DNA from: Patescibacteria group bacterium | GTDB lineage: Bacteria; Patescibacteriota; Patescibacteriia; UBA1558; UBA10009 | Reading direction: 5' to 3' | Assembly: GCA_018818425.1 (NCBI GenBank) | Contig: JAHISB010000002.1 | Coordinates: 2,819-66,818 of the forward strand | DNA: 64,000 nt | Shown here: in pieces, positions 9,236 to 18,974 of the stretch | Numbering within the stretch: the first letter of the stretch is position 1 | How the letters are laid out: each line of letters opens with the position of its first letter | Position numbers and translations under genes: made by a program | The notes under the pieces: generated by a model | What the model was told of the DNA's origin: nothing | What the model saw: the letters and a program-made list of their open reading frames with translations, nothing else | Databases searched by the model: none

Positions 9236-10150
9236 ATGTGGTTTATAATCGCCATTATTTCAGTTTTTTTATTTGCTGTAACTGCTGTAGTGGATAAGTT
9301 TTTACTTTCTAAATCTCCATTAATCCCTATCAGTTACGCTTTCGTCATCTCTTTACTGGGCGCTTTAGCTTCAGTAGTTTTGGTGATTTTTGAGAAAGGA
9401 TTTTATTTTCCAGCCCAGCATTTTTTGGCTTTATTCATAGGCGGCGCTGGTTTTTATTTTGCTGTTTATTTTATGTATTTGGCAGTAGTCAAAAACGAAG
9501 TTTCTAGAGTCAACCCGATGATCAACAGTCTGGCGCCGGTAGTTATATATTTTTTAACTATGGTTTTAGCTGTCGAGCTAATCAGCGCCAGAAAATTATT
9601 AGGGGCAGCCGTAGTGATTAGCGGCGGCTATTTACTTTCGCAAGTTGGGTTAAAGAAAGCTCAACTCCATAAATCAGCTTTAGTTTTGATAATTTTAGCT
9701 GCCATTATGTTCGGAATATCGAATACTTTTAGTAAAATGGCCTATGATCAGCTGCCGTTTTTAACGTCCTTTATTTGGATTAGATGGCTGACTTTACTGA
9801 CTGCCTTAGTTTTTACTACTTTGATAGGCGGCTGGTCTAAAATATCTTTTAAAAGGAAAAAACAGCGTCAGACTCCAGCTAAAAAAAAGAATCCTTGGCC
9901 AGCTTTGGTTATTGGCCAGGTCAGCGGGGGCGCGGCCGTTATTTTGTTTCAGTATGCTATCAAACTCGGCAGCGTTACCATTGTCACAGCCCTCCAGGGT
10001 TTGCAATATTTTTTCTTGCTCCTGCTTACTATTCTTCTTTCCAAAAAATTTCCCCAGATTTTACAAGAAGCTATTGGCCCTGCCGTAATTAAAAAAAAGT
10101 TATTATATTGTTTAATTTTAGCTATTGGAGTAATTTTATTGCTGGTTTAA
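9236..10150 (+). CDS. EamA/DMT-family transporter
   Basis: About 10 TM helices in two repeated halves. Confidence 0.8.
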   Translation: MWFIIAIISVFLFAVTAVVDKFLLSKSPLIPISYAFVISLLGALASVVLVIFEKGFYFPAQHFLALFIGGAGFYFAVYFMYLAVVKNEVSRVNPMINSLAPVVIYFLTMVLAVELISARKLLGAAVVISGGYLLSQVGLKKAQLHKSALVLIILAAIMFGISNTFSKMAYDQLPFLTSFIWIRWLTLLTALVFTTLIGGWSKISFKRKKQRQTPAKKKNPWPALVIGQVSGGAAVILFQYAIKLGSVTIVTALQGLQYFFLLLLTILLSKKFPQILQEAIGPAVIKKKLLYCLILAIGVILLLV

Positions 10151-10207
10151 TTAGTTGAATACTCACAAATTTATTGCGAATAATCGCGAACCTCTTTAAC
10201 ATCTTCT

Positions 10208-11200
10208 ATGAAAAAAAGATTCAAAAAATGGTTAGGCATTATTATTTTACTTTTTTTAATCTACCTAGTTTATTGGCTTTATACTGTCGATTTTTCTCAA
10301 GATAAAGAAGTAGAGTTTGGCGTAACCTTCAGCAATAAATATGCTCAAGAATTATCTTTAGATTCTCGCCAGGTTTTAATAGCTATTTTAGATGATTTAA
10401 AAGTTAAAAAGTTTCGTTTAATGGCCTACTGGGACGAAATTGAACAATTGCAAGACAGTTATAATTTCAGCCAGCTCGATTGGCAGCTCCAGGAGATTAG
10501 TCAGCGCCAGGGCGAAGTTATTTTGTCTATCGGCCACCGTCTGCCGCGCTGGCCAGAATGCCATTGGCCCGGCTGGACCTTTCAGCTTAGCCGGGAACAG
10601 CGCCAGCAGAAAATTTTAGAGCTTTTAGAAAAAACAGTAAAACGCTATCAAAATAATTCTGTTATCAAGGCCTGGCAAATAGAAAACGAACCATTTTTAA
10701 AAGTTTTTGGCGAATGCCCCAAGCCGGATAAAGATTTCTTTAAACAGGAGGTTCAGCTAGTCCGTTCATTGGATAATCGGCCCGTTATTATAACCGAAAG
10801 CGGCGAACTTTCTACCTGGCTTAGAGCCGCTAAACTGGCGGATTATGTTGGCAGCAGCGTTTATCGGATTACCTGGAATAAGCGCTGGGGTTATTTTTAT
10901 TATCCTCTGCCCCCCTCGCACTATTATTTAAAAGCCCAAATAGTCAGATTGCTGACTTCAGCTAAAGGTGTTTTTGTCAGCGAAATGCAAATGGAGCCGT
11001 GGCTGGGCATGCCTGCCCTGCTAACGCCTTTAAGCGAACAATATCATTCAATGAATGTCCAGCAGTTTCAAAAAAATCTTAATTATGCCAAAAGAACCGG
11101 CTTATCGCCGAATTATTTGTGGGGAGCGGAATGGTGGTATTGGCTTAGGGAGCAAGGTGATGGCAGCATCTGGCAGTTGGCTAAAGAGATTTGGCGATAA
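10208..11200 (+). CDS. Membrane-anchored glycoside hydrolase (clan GH-A TIM barrel)
   Basis: N-terminal TM; FGVTFS; acid/base motif WQIENEP; VSEMQMEPW; YLWGAEWW. Confidence 0.7.
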   Translation: MKKRFKKWLGIIILLFLIYLVYWLYTVDFSQDKEVEFGVTFSNKYAQELSLDSRQVLIAILDDLKVKKFRLMAYWDEIEQLQDSYNFSQLDWQLQEISQRQGEVILSIGHRLPRWPECHWPGWTFQLSREQRQQKILELLEKTVKRYQNNSVIKAWQIENEPFLKVFGECPKPDKDFFKQEVQLVRSLDNRPVIITESGELSTWLRAAKLADYVGSSVYRITWNKRWGYFYYPLPPSHYYLKAQIVRLLTSAKGVFVSEMQMEPWLGMPALLTPLSEQYHSMNVQQFQKNLNYAKRTGLSPNYLWGAEWWYWLREQGDGSIWQLAKEIWR

Positions 11201-11243
11201 AACGTTTTGTCTTTCGACTCGTCGCTTTGCTCCTCGCTCAAGA

Positions 11244-11370
11244 TATTCGACTCCTACTATGAGTGGTCGGAGTTTCTGAAGCGCAGCGAAGAAACGAAGA
11301 CTACCACTCGGCCTTGAGCTAGTGGCCGAAAGGTGAGCGGAGCCGAGCGATAGCGAGGCGGAGTCGAATA
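11244..11370. repeat. Composite GC-rich palindromic element with 11-bp terminal inverted repeats
   Basis: TATTCGACTCC (11244-11254) / GGAGTCGAATA (11360-11370), with internal hairpins. Confidence 0.65.
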
Positions 11371-11440
11371 GTGGTACTGGCTCAAAGAACAGGGCGATAG
11401 CAGTATTTGGCAGCTGGCCAAAGAGATTTGGCCGGGCTAA
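11360..11440 (+). pseudogene. Diverged duplicate of the last ~26 codons of the upstream glycoside hydrolase
   Basis: GVE*WYWLKEQGDSSIWQLAKEIWPG* versus the gene's GAEWWYWLREQGDGSIWQLAKEIWR*. Confidence 0.85.
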
Positions 11441-11518
11441 GCCCGAGCGATTAAGTTGAGCTTGCCTTAAGCTTAATGGTCAAATTAAGGCAAAAGATGT
11501 TATAATTATCATTATCAT

Positions 11519-12583
11519 ATGACAGTCAGCTATAAAAAAATTATAAATATTTTTAGTCTTTCGCCGGAACGTCATCAAAAAGTAAAGAATCAGATCGCCG
11601 AAGAAGCCAAAGGCGATTTGGATTTTTACGTTCTTTCGGTGCTGTCCGGCGTAATTATTACCTTTGGCCTGATTATTGATAATACGGCCATGGTCATCGG
11701 CGGGATGCTGTTGGCGCCTCTAGTCTGGCCGATGCTGGCTTTGGGTTTGGCTATTACCAGAGGGAGCATCAGATCACTTGAAAGTTCCCTTTTTACCATA
11801 GTAAAGATAAGCGTTGTAATTATCATAACTTCTTTTTTGATTGGCTGGGTTTCGCCTTTTAATGAATTCGGTCGGGAGGTTCTTTCCAGAACCCAGCCCA
11901 CCATTGTAGAATTAATGGTGGCGTTTTGCGCCGGTTTTGTGGCCGCTTTTGTTATCGGGCACCCGGGCCTGGGCAGTTTTATTGCGGGTGTGGTGATTGC
12001 CGCGGCGATTGTGCCGCCTTTGTGCGTGGCCGGCCTTTCGATAGCTCATCAAAATTTAGCCCAAGCCGGCGGAGCGTTTTTACTGTTTACTTCCAATTTA
12101 ATTGCCATAATTTTATCCTCCACCATTTATTTTTTGCTGGCAAAGTTCAAGCCTATTTTCACCAAGGAGGGTAGAAAAAGAAGAATCAGCAATATTATTT
12201 GGCTGCTGGTTTTTTTAATGGTAATTTTAATACCGCTGTTAGTTATTACCAAAGATATTATTTCTCAAAATAAGCAGTATTACATAACCCAGAAAACTTT
12301 GCTGGCTAATTTAAAAGAGGGCAAGATAGCCGAACTGGAGCTTAAAGAAAAAGACGATGTTTTATTTATCACCGCGACTTTAAGAGCCGAGAGAAATTTA
12401 ACCAGCTGGGAATTAGATTATTTAGCCGATCATATTTCTCAAGCTTTAAATAAATCGGTTAATTTGCAAATTACAGTTATCCCCACTATGCAGGGCGGTA
12501 AGATTATCGAGGCCGGTCCAGCCATGCCGCCGGCTGACGCTGATTTTAATCAAAACCAAATTTTTCCTAAAACTAAACAATAA
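11519..12583 (+). CDS. DUF389/TIGR00341-type membrane protein
   Basis: VIGGMLLAPL, EVLSRTQPT and GVVIAAAIVPPL motifs. Confidence 0.8.
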   Translation: MTVSYKKIINIFSLSPERHQKVKNQIAEEAKGDLDFYVLSVLSGVIITFGLIIDNTAMVIGGMLLAPLVWPMLALGLAITRGSIRSLESSLFTIVKISVVIIITSFLIGWVSPFNEFGREVLSRTQPTIVELMVAFCAGFVAAFVIGHPGLGSFIAGVVIAAAIVPPLCVAGLSIAHQNLAQAGGAFLLFTSNLIAIILSSTIYFLLAKFKPIFTKEGRKRRISNIIWLLVFLMVILIPLLVITKDIISQNKQYYITQKTLLANLKEGKIAELELKEKDDVLFITATLRAERNLTSWELDYLADHISQALNKSVNLQITVIPTMQGGKIIEAGPAMPPADADFNQNQIFPKTKQ

Positions 12584-13716
12584 TGGATAAAAAACTTCCT
12601 TTTTTAGAAGCCATTGCTATTTTAGTCGGCACTATTATTGGCGCCGGTATTTTAGGCATTCCTTACGTTGTGGCTCAAGCCGGTTTTTTAACCGGCGTGG
12701 CGGTTTTGGCGGTTTTGGCCGCGGCCGTTATTTTAATCAATCTTTTTATAGGCGAAATTGTTTTAAGCACTAAAAATAGATATCAATTAACCGGTTATGC
12801 TAATAAATATTTGGGGAAAGCCGGTAAATATTTAATGTTCGGAGCCACGGTTTTTGGCTTTTACGGAGCTTTGCTGGCTTACCTGATTGGCGAAGGCGAA
12901 GTTTTAGCCGCTTTAACCGGCGGCAATCCCTTGCTTTACAGCTTATTATTTTTTGTTTTTGGCTCTTTATTAATTTATCTGGGCTTAGCAATAATTAAAA
13001 AATTTGAATTTTTCATGACCTTGATAATTTTATTGATTGTTTTAGTAATTAGCTTGTGGAGCTTTGATGTGATTAATTTTGAAAATTTAGCCGAATTTAA
13101 TTTAGCCAAGCTGTTTATTCCCTATGGCGTAATCCTTTTTGCCATCGGCGGCAGTTCAGCTGTTCCCCAGCTAAGATTTGTTTTACAGGGCAGGGAAAAA
13201 TTAGTTAAGCGGGCCATTCTTATCGGTGTGGCCATTCCTTTTATTGTTTATCTGCTGTTTACTTTAGTGGTTGTAGGAGTTACCGGTTTAACAACTACCG
13301 AAGTAGCTACCATTGGTTTGGGTAATTTGGCAGGCAAGTCCATGATTATTTTTGGCAACCTTTTCGCTTTCTTTACTATGGGCACCAGTTTTTTAACTCT
13401 GGGACTGGCTTTAAAAGACACTTATCGTTTTGATTTAAATTTAAGTTATAAGTTCTCTTGGCTGCTGGCCTGCTTGCCGCCTTTAATTATTTTTATTTTA
13501 GGCCTCAACAGTTTTGTAAAAGTTTTAGGCACGGTCGGAGCCATTGGCGGGGGCATAGAAGGCCTGCTTATTTTAGCGATTTATCTTAAACTTAAATCAT
13601 TAAAGAAAACTGAACGGGAACCTGAATATAAAATACCCGTCCCCGGTTTTATAATTGGCATTTTGTCTTTAATTTTTATCGGCGGCATAGTTTATACCTT
13701 GCGGCAGTTTTCTTGA
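12583..13716 (+). CDS. Aromatic amino acid permease family transporter
   Basis: GTIIGAGILGIP, about 11 TM helices, TSFLTLG. Confidence 0.85.
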   Translation: MDKKLPFLEAIAILVGTIIGAGILGIPYVVAQAGFLTGVAVLAVLAAAVILINLFIGEIVLSTKNRYQLTGYANKYLGKAGKYLMFGATVFGFYGALLAYLIGEGEVLAALTGGNPLLYSLLFFVFGSLLIYLGLAIIKKFEFFMTLIILLIVLVISLWSFDVINFENLAEFNLAKLFIPYGVILFAIGGSSAVPQLRFVLQGREKLVKRAILIGVAIPFIVYLLFTLVVVGVTGLTTTEVATIGLGNLAGKSMIIFGNLFAFFTMGTSFLTLGLALKDTYRFDLNLSYKFSWLLACLPPLIIFILGLNSFVKVLGTVGAIGGGIEGLLILAIYLKLKSLKKTEREPEYKIPVPGFIIGILSLIFIGGIVYTLRQFS

Positions 13717-13814
13717 CAGATTATTAATATGGTGATATTATTATGAATATAGCAATATTGAAATTCTCCTTATTTCGCAAGAGGAGATTTTTTTACCTTA
13801 AATTGTTCTAAAAT

Positions 13815-15485
13815 ATGGAAATTATTAAAAAAGTTTTAAAAAGCAAGCTATGGTGGTTTTTTATCATCGTCATTATTGTTATTGGCGGCATAATTTACAA
13901 CCAAAAACAGCGGGGGGATCAAATAGAATATATTACCGACCTGGTCAAGCGCGGCGATCTGGTTCAGAGTGTTTCGGCCACCGGCCAGGTGGAGGCCGCT
14001 TCGGCGACAGATTTAAACTTTAAGATTGCCGGCCAGCTGGCAGCGCTGACAGTTAAAGTCGGCGATCAGGTAAAAAGCGGCCAATTGTTAGCCAGATTGG
14101 CATCCCAACAGGCGCAAAGCCAGGTGGCGAACGCCCAGGCCCAGCAGGCCGAAGCTCAAGCCGATTTAGATAAAATTATTGCCGGCAGCAGCGACGAAGA
14201 TCTGGCCGTGTCTCAAGCCAAAGTCAACCAAGCTCAGGCCGATTTAAGCGTTAAGGAAGCGGCTTTAGATAATTTAGTTTCAGAAAAAGAACAAAATCTG
14301 CTTTCTTATAAAGAGCAGGCTCTGAATGAAATTGCGGACAGCTTATTTTTATCTGCTGAATCTTTAGAAGATATCAATAACATAGTTAACGGCACTTATG
14401 AAAGCTATTTAAGAAATTATACGCCTACCAGTTATAATTTAGCTTGGAATAGTTACAATGATGCCGATCCGGTTATAAAAGCATTGGCCACAGCAGCGGA
14501 TCAGTATTCAACTGCCAGTTTAGTCAGCGAATTGATAAGTTTTTTAGATCAACTCAAAGCGGCAGTGGAGCAGGTCGATTCAACATTAAACAGTACTTAT
14601 AATTTGGCTGTGGCCGCTAATCCGTTGCTTGATTTAACGCAGGCCACTCTGGATACTTATAAATCGACTATTACTACCGATCAGACAAATATTTCTTCTG
14701 CCATCGCTAATCTGCAGACCGCTAAAGCCAATTTGCAGATTACATCGGTAGAGTACGATAACGACATCAAAGAAGCGGAATTGAATATTGCCAAAGCCCA
14801 GTCCGCTTTGGAGGTGGCCGAAGCCGAACTTAATTTGGTTTTGGCTGAACCCAAGGGTTTTGACATTAACCTGCATCAGGCCAGAGTAGCCATGGCCGAG
14901 GCCAAAGTGCAGTCTGCTTTGGCAGATTTGAGTGAATACAGCTTATTTGCTCCTGTCAGCGGAGTAATCACCCAGGTCAATTATGAACTGGGCGAACAGG
15001 TAAAATCCACAGAGCCGGTAGTTTCTTTAATTAATTTAAGTAATTTAGAGATTGAGGTGGATATACCGGAATCGGACATTGCCAAAGTTAAAGTGGGCGA
15101 CGAAGCGCAGATAACTTTAGATGCCTTTGGCGAGGAGCGGCCTTTTTCCAGCCAGATAATCTTTATTGACCCGGCCGAAACAGTTATTAACGATGTGGTT
15201 TATTATAAAGTCAAACTCGTTTTCAACGAAAAAGACGAGCAGATAAAATCGGGCATGACGGCTAATGTGACGATTAACACCAACGTCCGCCAAGATGTGT
15301 TATTTATTCCTCAACGAGCAGTGATTAGCCCTAATGGCGAGAGCATAGTCAGAGTACTTAACAACGGCCTGGTTGAAGAAAAAAAAGTTACCACCGGCCT
15401 CAAGGGCGACGGCGGTTTGATAGAAATTTTGACGGGCCTTAGCGAAAGCGAGGAAATTATTACTTATATTAAAAATGGCAAGTAA
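13815..15485 (+). CDS. Efflux periplasmic adaptor (MacA/HlyD-type membrane fusion protein)
   Basis: N-terminal TM, lipoyl-like halves (VKVGDQVKSGQLLA; APVSGVI), long helical hairpin, SGMTANV. Confidence 0.88.
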   Translation: MEIIKKVLKSKLWWFFIIVIIVIGGIIYNQKQRGDQIEYITDLVKRGDLVQSVSATGQVEAASATDLNFKIAGQLAALTVKVGDQVKSGQLLARLASQQAQSQVANAQAQQAEAQADLDKIIAGSSDEDLAVSQAKVNQAQADLSVKEAALDNLVSEKEQNLLSYKEQALNEIADSLFLSAESLEDINNIVNGTYESYLRNYTPTSYNLAWNSYNDADPVIKALATAADQYSTASLVSELISFLDQLKAAVEQVDSTLNSTYNLAVAANPLLDLTQATLDTYKSTITTDQTNISSAIANLQTAKANLQITSVEYDNDIKEAELNIAKAQSALEVAEAELNLVLAEPKGFDINLHQARVAMAEAKVQSALADLSEYSLFAPVSGVITQVNYELGEQVKSTEPVVSLINLSNLEIEVDIPESDIAKVKVGDEAQITLDAFGEERPFSSQIIFIDPAETVINDVVYYKVKLVFNEKDEQIKSGMTANVTINTNVRQDVLFIPQRAVISPNGESIVRVLNNGLVEEKKVTTGLKGDGGLIEILTGLSESEEIITYIKNGK

Positions 15486-16197
15486 GAATTTAATCAAAAT
15501 TCAAAAATTATATAAAGAGTTTGTGGCCGACGAGGTAATAACCAAAGTTTTGTTTGATATTAATTTAGTAATCGATCGGGGGGAGTTTGTGGCTATTATG
15601 GGCCCCTCCGGTTCTGGCAAGTCAACTTTAATGCATATTCTGGGCTTTTTAGACCGGCCGTCAACCGGCCAGTATTTTTTTAAAGACCAGGAGACTTCAG
15701 AATTTAATGACGATAAATTAGCCGACATCAGAAACAAAGAGATTGGTTTTGTTTTTCAGACTTATTATCTTCTTCAAAAAACAACAATTTTAGAAAACGT
15801 CAAACTCCCATTAGTATATAGCGGCAGCAAAGAGAGCGAAGCCAAAGCCAAACAAGCTTTAAAAGCAGTCGGCTTAGAACATCGCTTGAAGTATTTTTCT
15901 AACCAGCTTTCGGGCGGCGAAAAACAAAGAGCGGCCATTGCCAGGGCTTTGGTCAATAATCCGGAAATAATATTTGCCGATGAGCCAACCGGTAATTTAG
16001 ATTCAAAATCAGGCGCCCAGGTAATGAAAATTTTAGAAAAGCTCAACCAAGAAGGCAAAACAATAATCTTAGTCACCCACGAACAAGATACAGCCAACCA
16101 TGCCAAGAGAATACTAAATATCAGGGACGGCAAAATCATCGATGATTATAAAGTCAATAACCGCAGCACAAGTGAAAACGGCGTTCTTATAAAATAA
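15475..16197 (+). CDS. ABC transporter ATP-binding protein (MacB/LolD type)
   Basis: GPSGSGKST, LSGGEKQR, ADEPTGNLD, VTH. Confidence 0.95.
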   Translation: MASKNLIKIQKLYKEFVADEVITKVLFDINLVIDRGEFVAIMGPSGSGKSTLMHILGFLDRPSTGQYFFKDQETSEFNDDKLADIRNKEIGFVFQTYYLLQKTTILENVKLPLVYSGSKESEAKAKQALKAVGLEHRLKYFSNQLSGGEKQRAAIARALVNNPEIIFADEPTGNLDSKSGAQVMKILEKLNQEGKTIILVTHEQDTANHAKRILNIRDGKIIDDYKVNNRSTSENGVLIK

Positions 16198-16211
16198 GAA
16201 CGTTTTTATGT

Positions 16212-17447
16212 ATGAATTTTAAAGGCATCATCAACCTGTCTTTAATCGGCTTAAAGACTAATAAAACCAGAAGCGCCCTAACAATGTTAGGGATTATTAT
16301 TGGCATTGGAGCGGTCATTGTGATTATGTCGGTGGGCGCCGGCGCCCAAAGCTTAATTTTAGACCAGGTGCAAAAAGTCGGGACTAATTTAATCGGCATT
16401 ATGCCGGGCGCCCCCAGCGAAGAAGGCCCGCCGGCCACGGCTTTTGGCATTACGGTGACAACCTTAAAATACGAAGACGGCCTGGCTGTGGCGCGGGAAG
16501 TTCCTGAAATTTCAGCCGCCGCTTCTTTTGTCAGGGGCATAGAAACAGTTTCCTGGCAGAACCAAAAAAAGGACACTACCTTTGTGGGCACTACGGCCAG
16601 CTATATAGAGGTCGAAGATACCGAAGTGGAACTGGGGCATTTTTTCAGCGAACAGGAAGAAAAAAGCGTTATCCGGGTGGCGGCGCTGGGTTATCAGCTG
16701 GCCCAGGAATTATTCGGCCAGGCAGATCCCATTGGCCAGAAAGTAAAGATCCGCAGGGAATCATTCGAGGTGATTGGGGTTATGAAAGAAAGGGGCAGCG
16801 TGGGCTTTGAAAGCGTGGATGACCAGATTTTTATTCCCTTAAAAACAGCTCAAAAGCTTCTGTTAGGCATAAACCATGTCAGCGTCATCAGGGCCAAAGT
16901 TAAAGATAACGAAAACATTGACGCCATTATACCGGCAGTCAAGCAGATTATCAGAGACAGGCACGGCATCAGAAATTCTTCAGAAGATGATTTTGATGTC
17001 AGGAATCAGGCCGAAGCCCTGGCAATGCTGACCACCATAACTAACGCTCTCAACTATTTTTTAGCGGCTATGGCGGCTATTTCTTTAATTGTGGGCGGAA
17101 TCGGCATTATGAATATAATGTACGTGACGGTCAGCGAAAGATATCAGGAAATAGGCCTGCGTAAAGCCGTAGGCGCTAAAAAGAACAATTTGTTAAGCCA
17201 ATTTTTAATCGAAGCAATTATTGTAACTTTGCTTGGCGGCATTATCGGCATTATTGGCGGAGCTTTGGTTTCGGGTTCCGTGGCTTTGGGGGCAAACTAT
17301 TTGGGCTATAACTGGGCTTTTATTATCACGCCTTTTTCCATAATTATTGCCGTTTCTGTGGCCGCGGCCATTGGCTTAATCTTCGGTTATTTTCCGGCCA
17401 GGAAAGCGGCTAAGCTGGATCCTATCACCGCTTTAAGATACGAATAG
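16212..17447 (+). CDS. MacB/FtsX-family ABC permease
   Basis: RSALTMLGIIIG, VGGIGIMNIM, EIGLRKAVGA, PARKAAKLDPI. Confidence 0.93.
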   Translation: MNFKGIINLSLIGLKTNKTRSALTMLGIIIGIGAVIVIMSVGAGAQSLILDQVQKVGTNLIGIMPGAPSEEGPPATAFGITVTTLKYEDGLAVAREVPEISAAASFVRGIETVSWQNQKKDTTFVGTTASYIEVEDTEVELGHFFSEQEEKSVIRVAALGYQLAQELFGQADPIGQKVKIRRESFEVIGVMKERGSVGFESVDDQIFIPLKTAQKLLLGINHVSVIRAKVKDNENIDAIIPAVKQIIRDRHGIRNSSEDDFDVRNQAEALAMLTTITNALNYFLAAMAAISLIVGGIGIMNIMYVTVSERYQEIGLRKAVGAKKNNLLSQFLIEAIIVTLLGGIIGIIGGALVSGSVALGANYLGYNWAFIITPFSIIIAVSVAAAIGLIFGYFPARKAAKLDPITALRYE

Positions 17448-17454
17448 TAAAAAA

Positions 17455-17581
17455 TGCGAAAATCGAAATAACAGAGATATCCACTGAAAACACTGACAGT
17501 TCACGGATAACTCACCGAGGACTCACAGATATCAGTGTAACATCAGCCCGAATCAGTGAACTGTCAGCGTATCTCAGCGAC
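17455..17581. repeat. Inverted array of degenerate 11-12-nt units (CAC(T/G/C/A)GA / TCAG(T/C)G)
   Basis: cactga, cactga, cacgga, caccga, cacaga followed by tcagtg, tcagcc, tcagtg, tcagcg, tcagcg. Confidence 0.7.
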
Positions 17582-17596
17582 CTAGGATTTAATAAA

Positions 17597-18847
17597 ATGT
17601 ATTTCATAACATCAATCAAAATAGCTTACATAGCTTTAACCACCCATAAATTAAGGAGTTTTTTGACGATTCTGGGCATTGTCATCGGCATTACCTCGGT
17701 GATTATGGTTTTTTCGGCCGGCGAGGGAGTAAAAAGTTTATTGTTGGGACAAATAGAAAGCTGGGGCTCTGATATGGTTGAAGTTGAAATAAAAACTCCC
17801 AGCGCTTCGCAGACTTCAATAGAAAACGCAACCAGCATGGTTATGGGCGTAAGCATCACCACTCTCAAGGAGGCCGATGCTCAGGCCATTTTGGAACACC
17901 CTAATATCAGCAATGTTTATTCGGGTAATATCGGGCAGGCCATGGTAACTTATGCCGATCAAGCTAAAATGCTGCAGCTATGGGGCGTATCTCCTTCTTA
18001 TATTGATATGGATGCTTCGGAAGTGGAAGAAGGCAGGTTTTTTACCGAAGACGAGAACAAAAGCTTGGCCAGAGTGGCGGTTATCGGCAGTGAAATTAAA
18101 AAGAAATTTTTTGGCGACCAGGAAGCAATTGGTAAAAATATTAAAATCGACAAAAATAGTTATAAAGTCATCGGCGTGATGGAGGAGCGGGGCGATATTA
18201 TGTACATGAATATGGATGAATGGATTTATATGCCAATCAGGACCTTGCAGAAATTAGTTATGGGCGTTGACCATGTAATGTTTATAATGGGCAAAATTAT
18301 TAATATGGATTTAGCCGATGCCACGGCCCAAGACCTCACTTTGTTGATGCGCGACCGCCACGGCATCACCGACCCGGTCAAGGATGATTTTGCCGTTATT
18401 ACCATGGAAGAAGCCATAGAAATTTATGGCAGCATTTTAGGAGCCGTCACCCTTTTGCTGATGGCCATTGTGGCCGTATCTTTAATTGTGGGGGGGGTGG
18501 GCATTATGAATATTATGTTTGTTTCGGTGACTGAAAGAACATCAGAAATCGGCTTAAGAAAAGCCGTCGGCGCCAGCGAAAAAAAGATTCTTTCCCAGTT
18601 TTTATGGGAAGCCATTACTTTAACTTTTATCGGCGGAATCATAGGAATTATTTTTGGCTTATTGATTTCGTTATTAACCTCCATCGGCGCCCAAAGCCAG
18701 GGTCTGGACTGGCCGTTTATAGTTAAACCAACGGCCATAATTATCAGCGCCGGCGCCTCCATAATCATCGGCCTGATTTTCGGCATTGTGCCTGCTCGCC
18801 GGGCCGCCAAAATGGACCCAATTATGGCTTTAAGGCATGAGCGGTAA
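17597..18847 (+). CDS. Second MacB/FtsX-family ABC permease
   Basis: Same motifs as the preceding permease; a diverged paralog. Confidence 0.93.
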   Translation: MYFITSIKIAYIALTTHKLRSFLTILGIVIGITSVIMVFSAGEGVKSLLLGQIESWGSDMVEVEIKTPSASQTSIENATSMVMGVSITTLKEADAQAILEHPNISNVYSGNIGQAMVTYADQAKMLQLWGVSPSYIDMDASEVEEGRFFTEDENKSLARVAVIGSEIKKKFFGDQEAIGKNIKIDKNSYKVIGVMEERGDIMYMNMDEWIYMPIRTLQKLVMGVDHVMFIMGKIINMDLADATAQDLTLLMRDRHGITDPVKDDFAVITMEEAIEIYGSILGAVTLLLMAIVAVSLIVGGVGIMNIMFVSVTERTSEIGLRKAVGASEKKILSQFLWEAITLTFIGGIIGIIFGLLISLLTSIGAQSQGLDWPFIVKPTAIIISAGASIIIGLIFGIVPARRAAKMDPIMALRHER

Positions 18848-18888
18848 GTGAATACTAATGATAATTTATTTTTTTTGTGTTAAATCTC

Positions 18889-18916
18889 TTGACGCCTTTT
18901 TAAAATATGTTATACT
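18889..18916 (+). promoter_or_regulatory. Sigma70 promoter of the hrcA operon
   Basis: TTGACG-N16-TATACT with an extended -10 TG. Confidence 0.75.
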
Positions 18917-18919
18917 GAA

Positions 18920-18946
18920 TTAGCACTCTCAACGGTAGAGTGCCAA
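18920..18946 (+). promoter_or_regulatory. CIRCE operator
   Basis: TTAGCACTC-N9-GAGTGCCAA, one mismatch to consensus, directly upstream of hrcA. Confidence 0.95.
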
Positions 18947-18974
18947 CCCAAAAATCATCACAACTCATTGATAT

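Noticed and set aside
11123-11440. DGR template/variable repeat pair (given the Avd-like four-helix gene)
   Set aside because: Differences are mostly C/T and synonymous rather than confined to adenines, and no reverse transcriptase is in the window.
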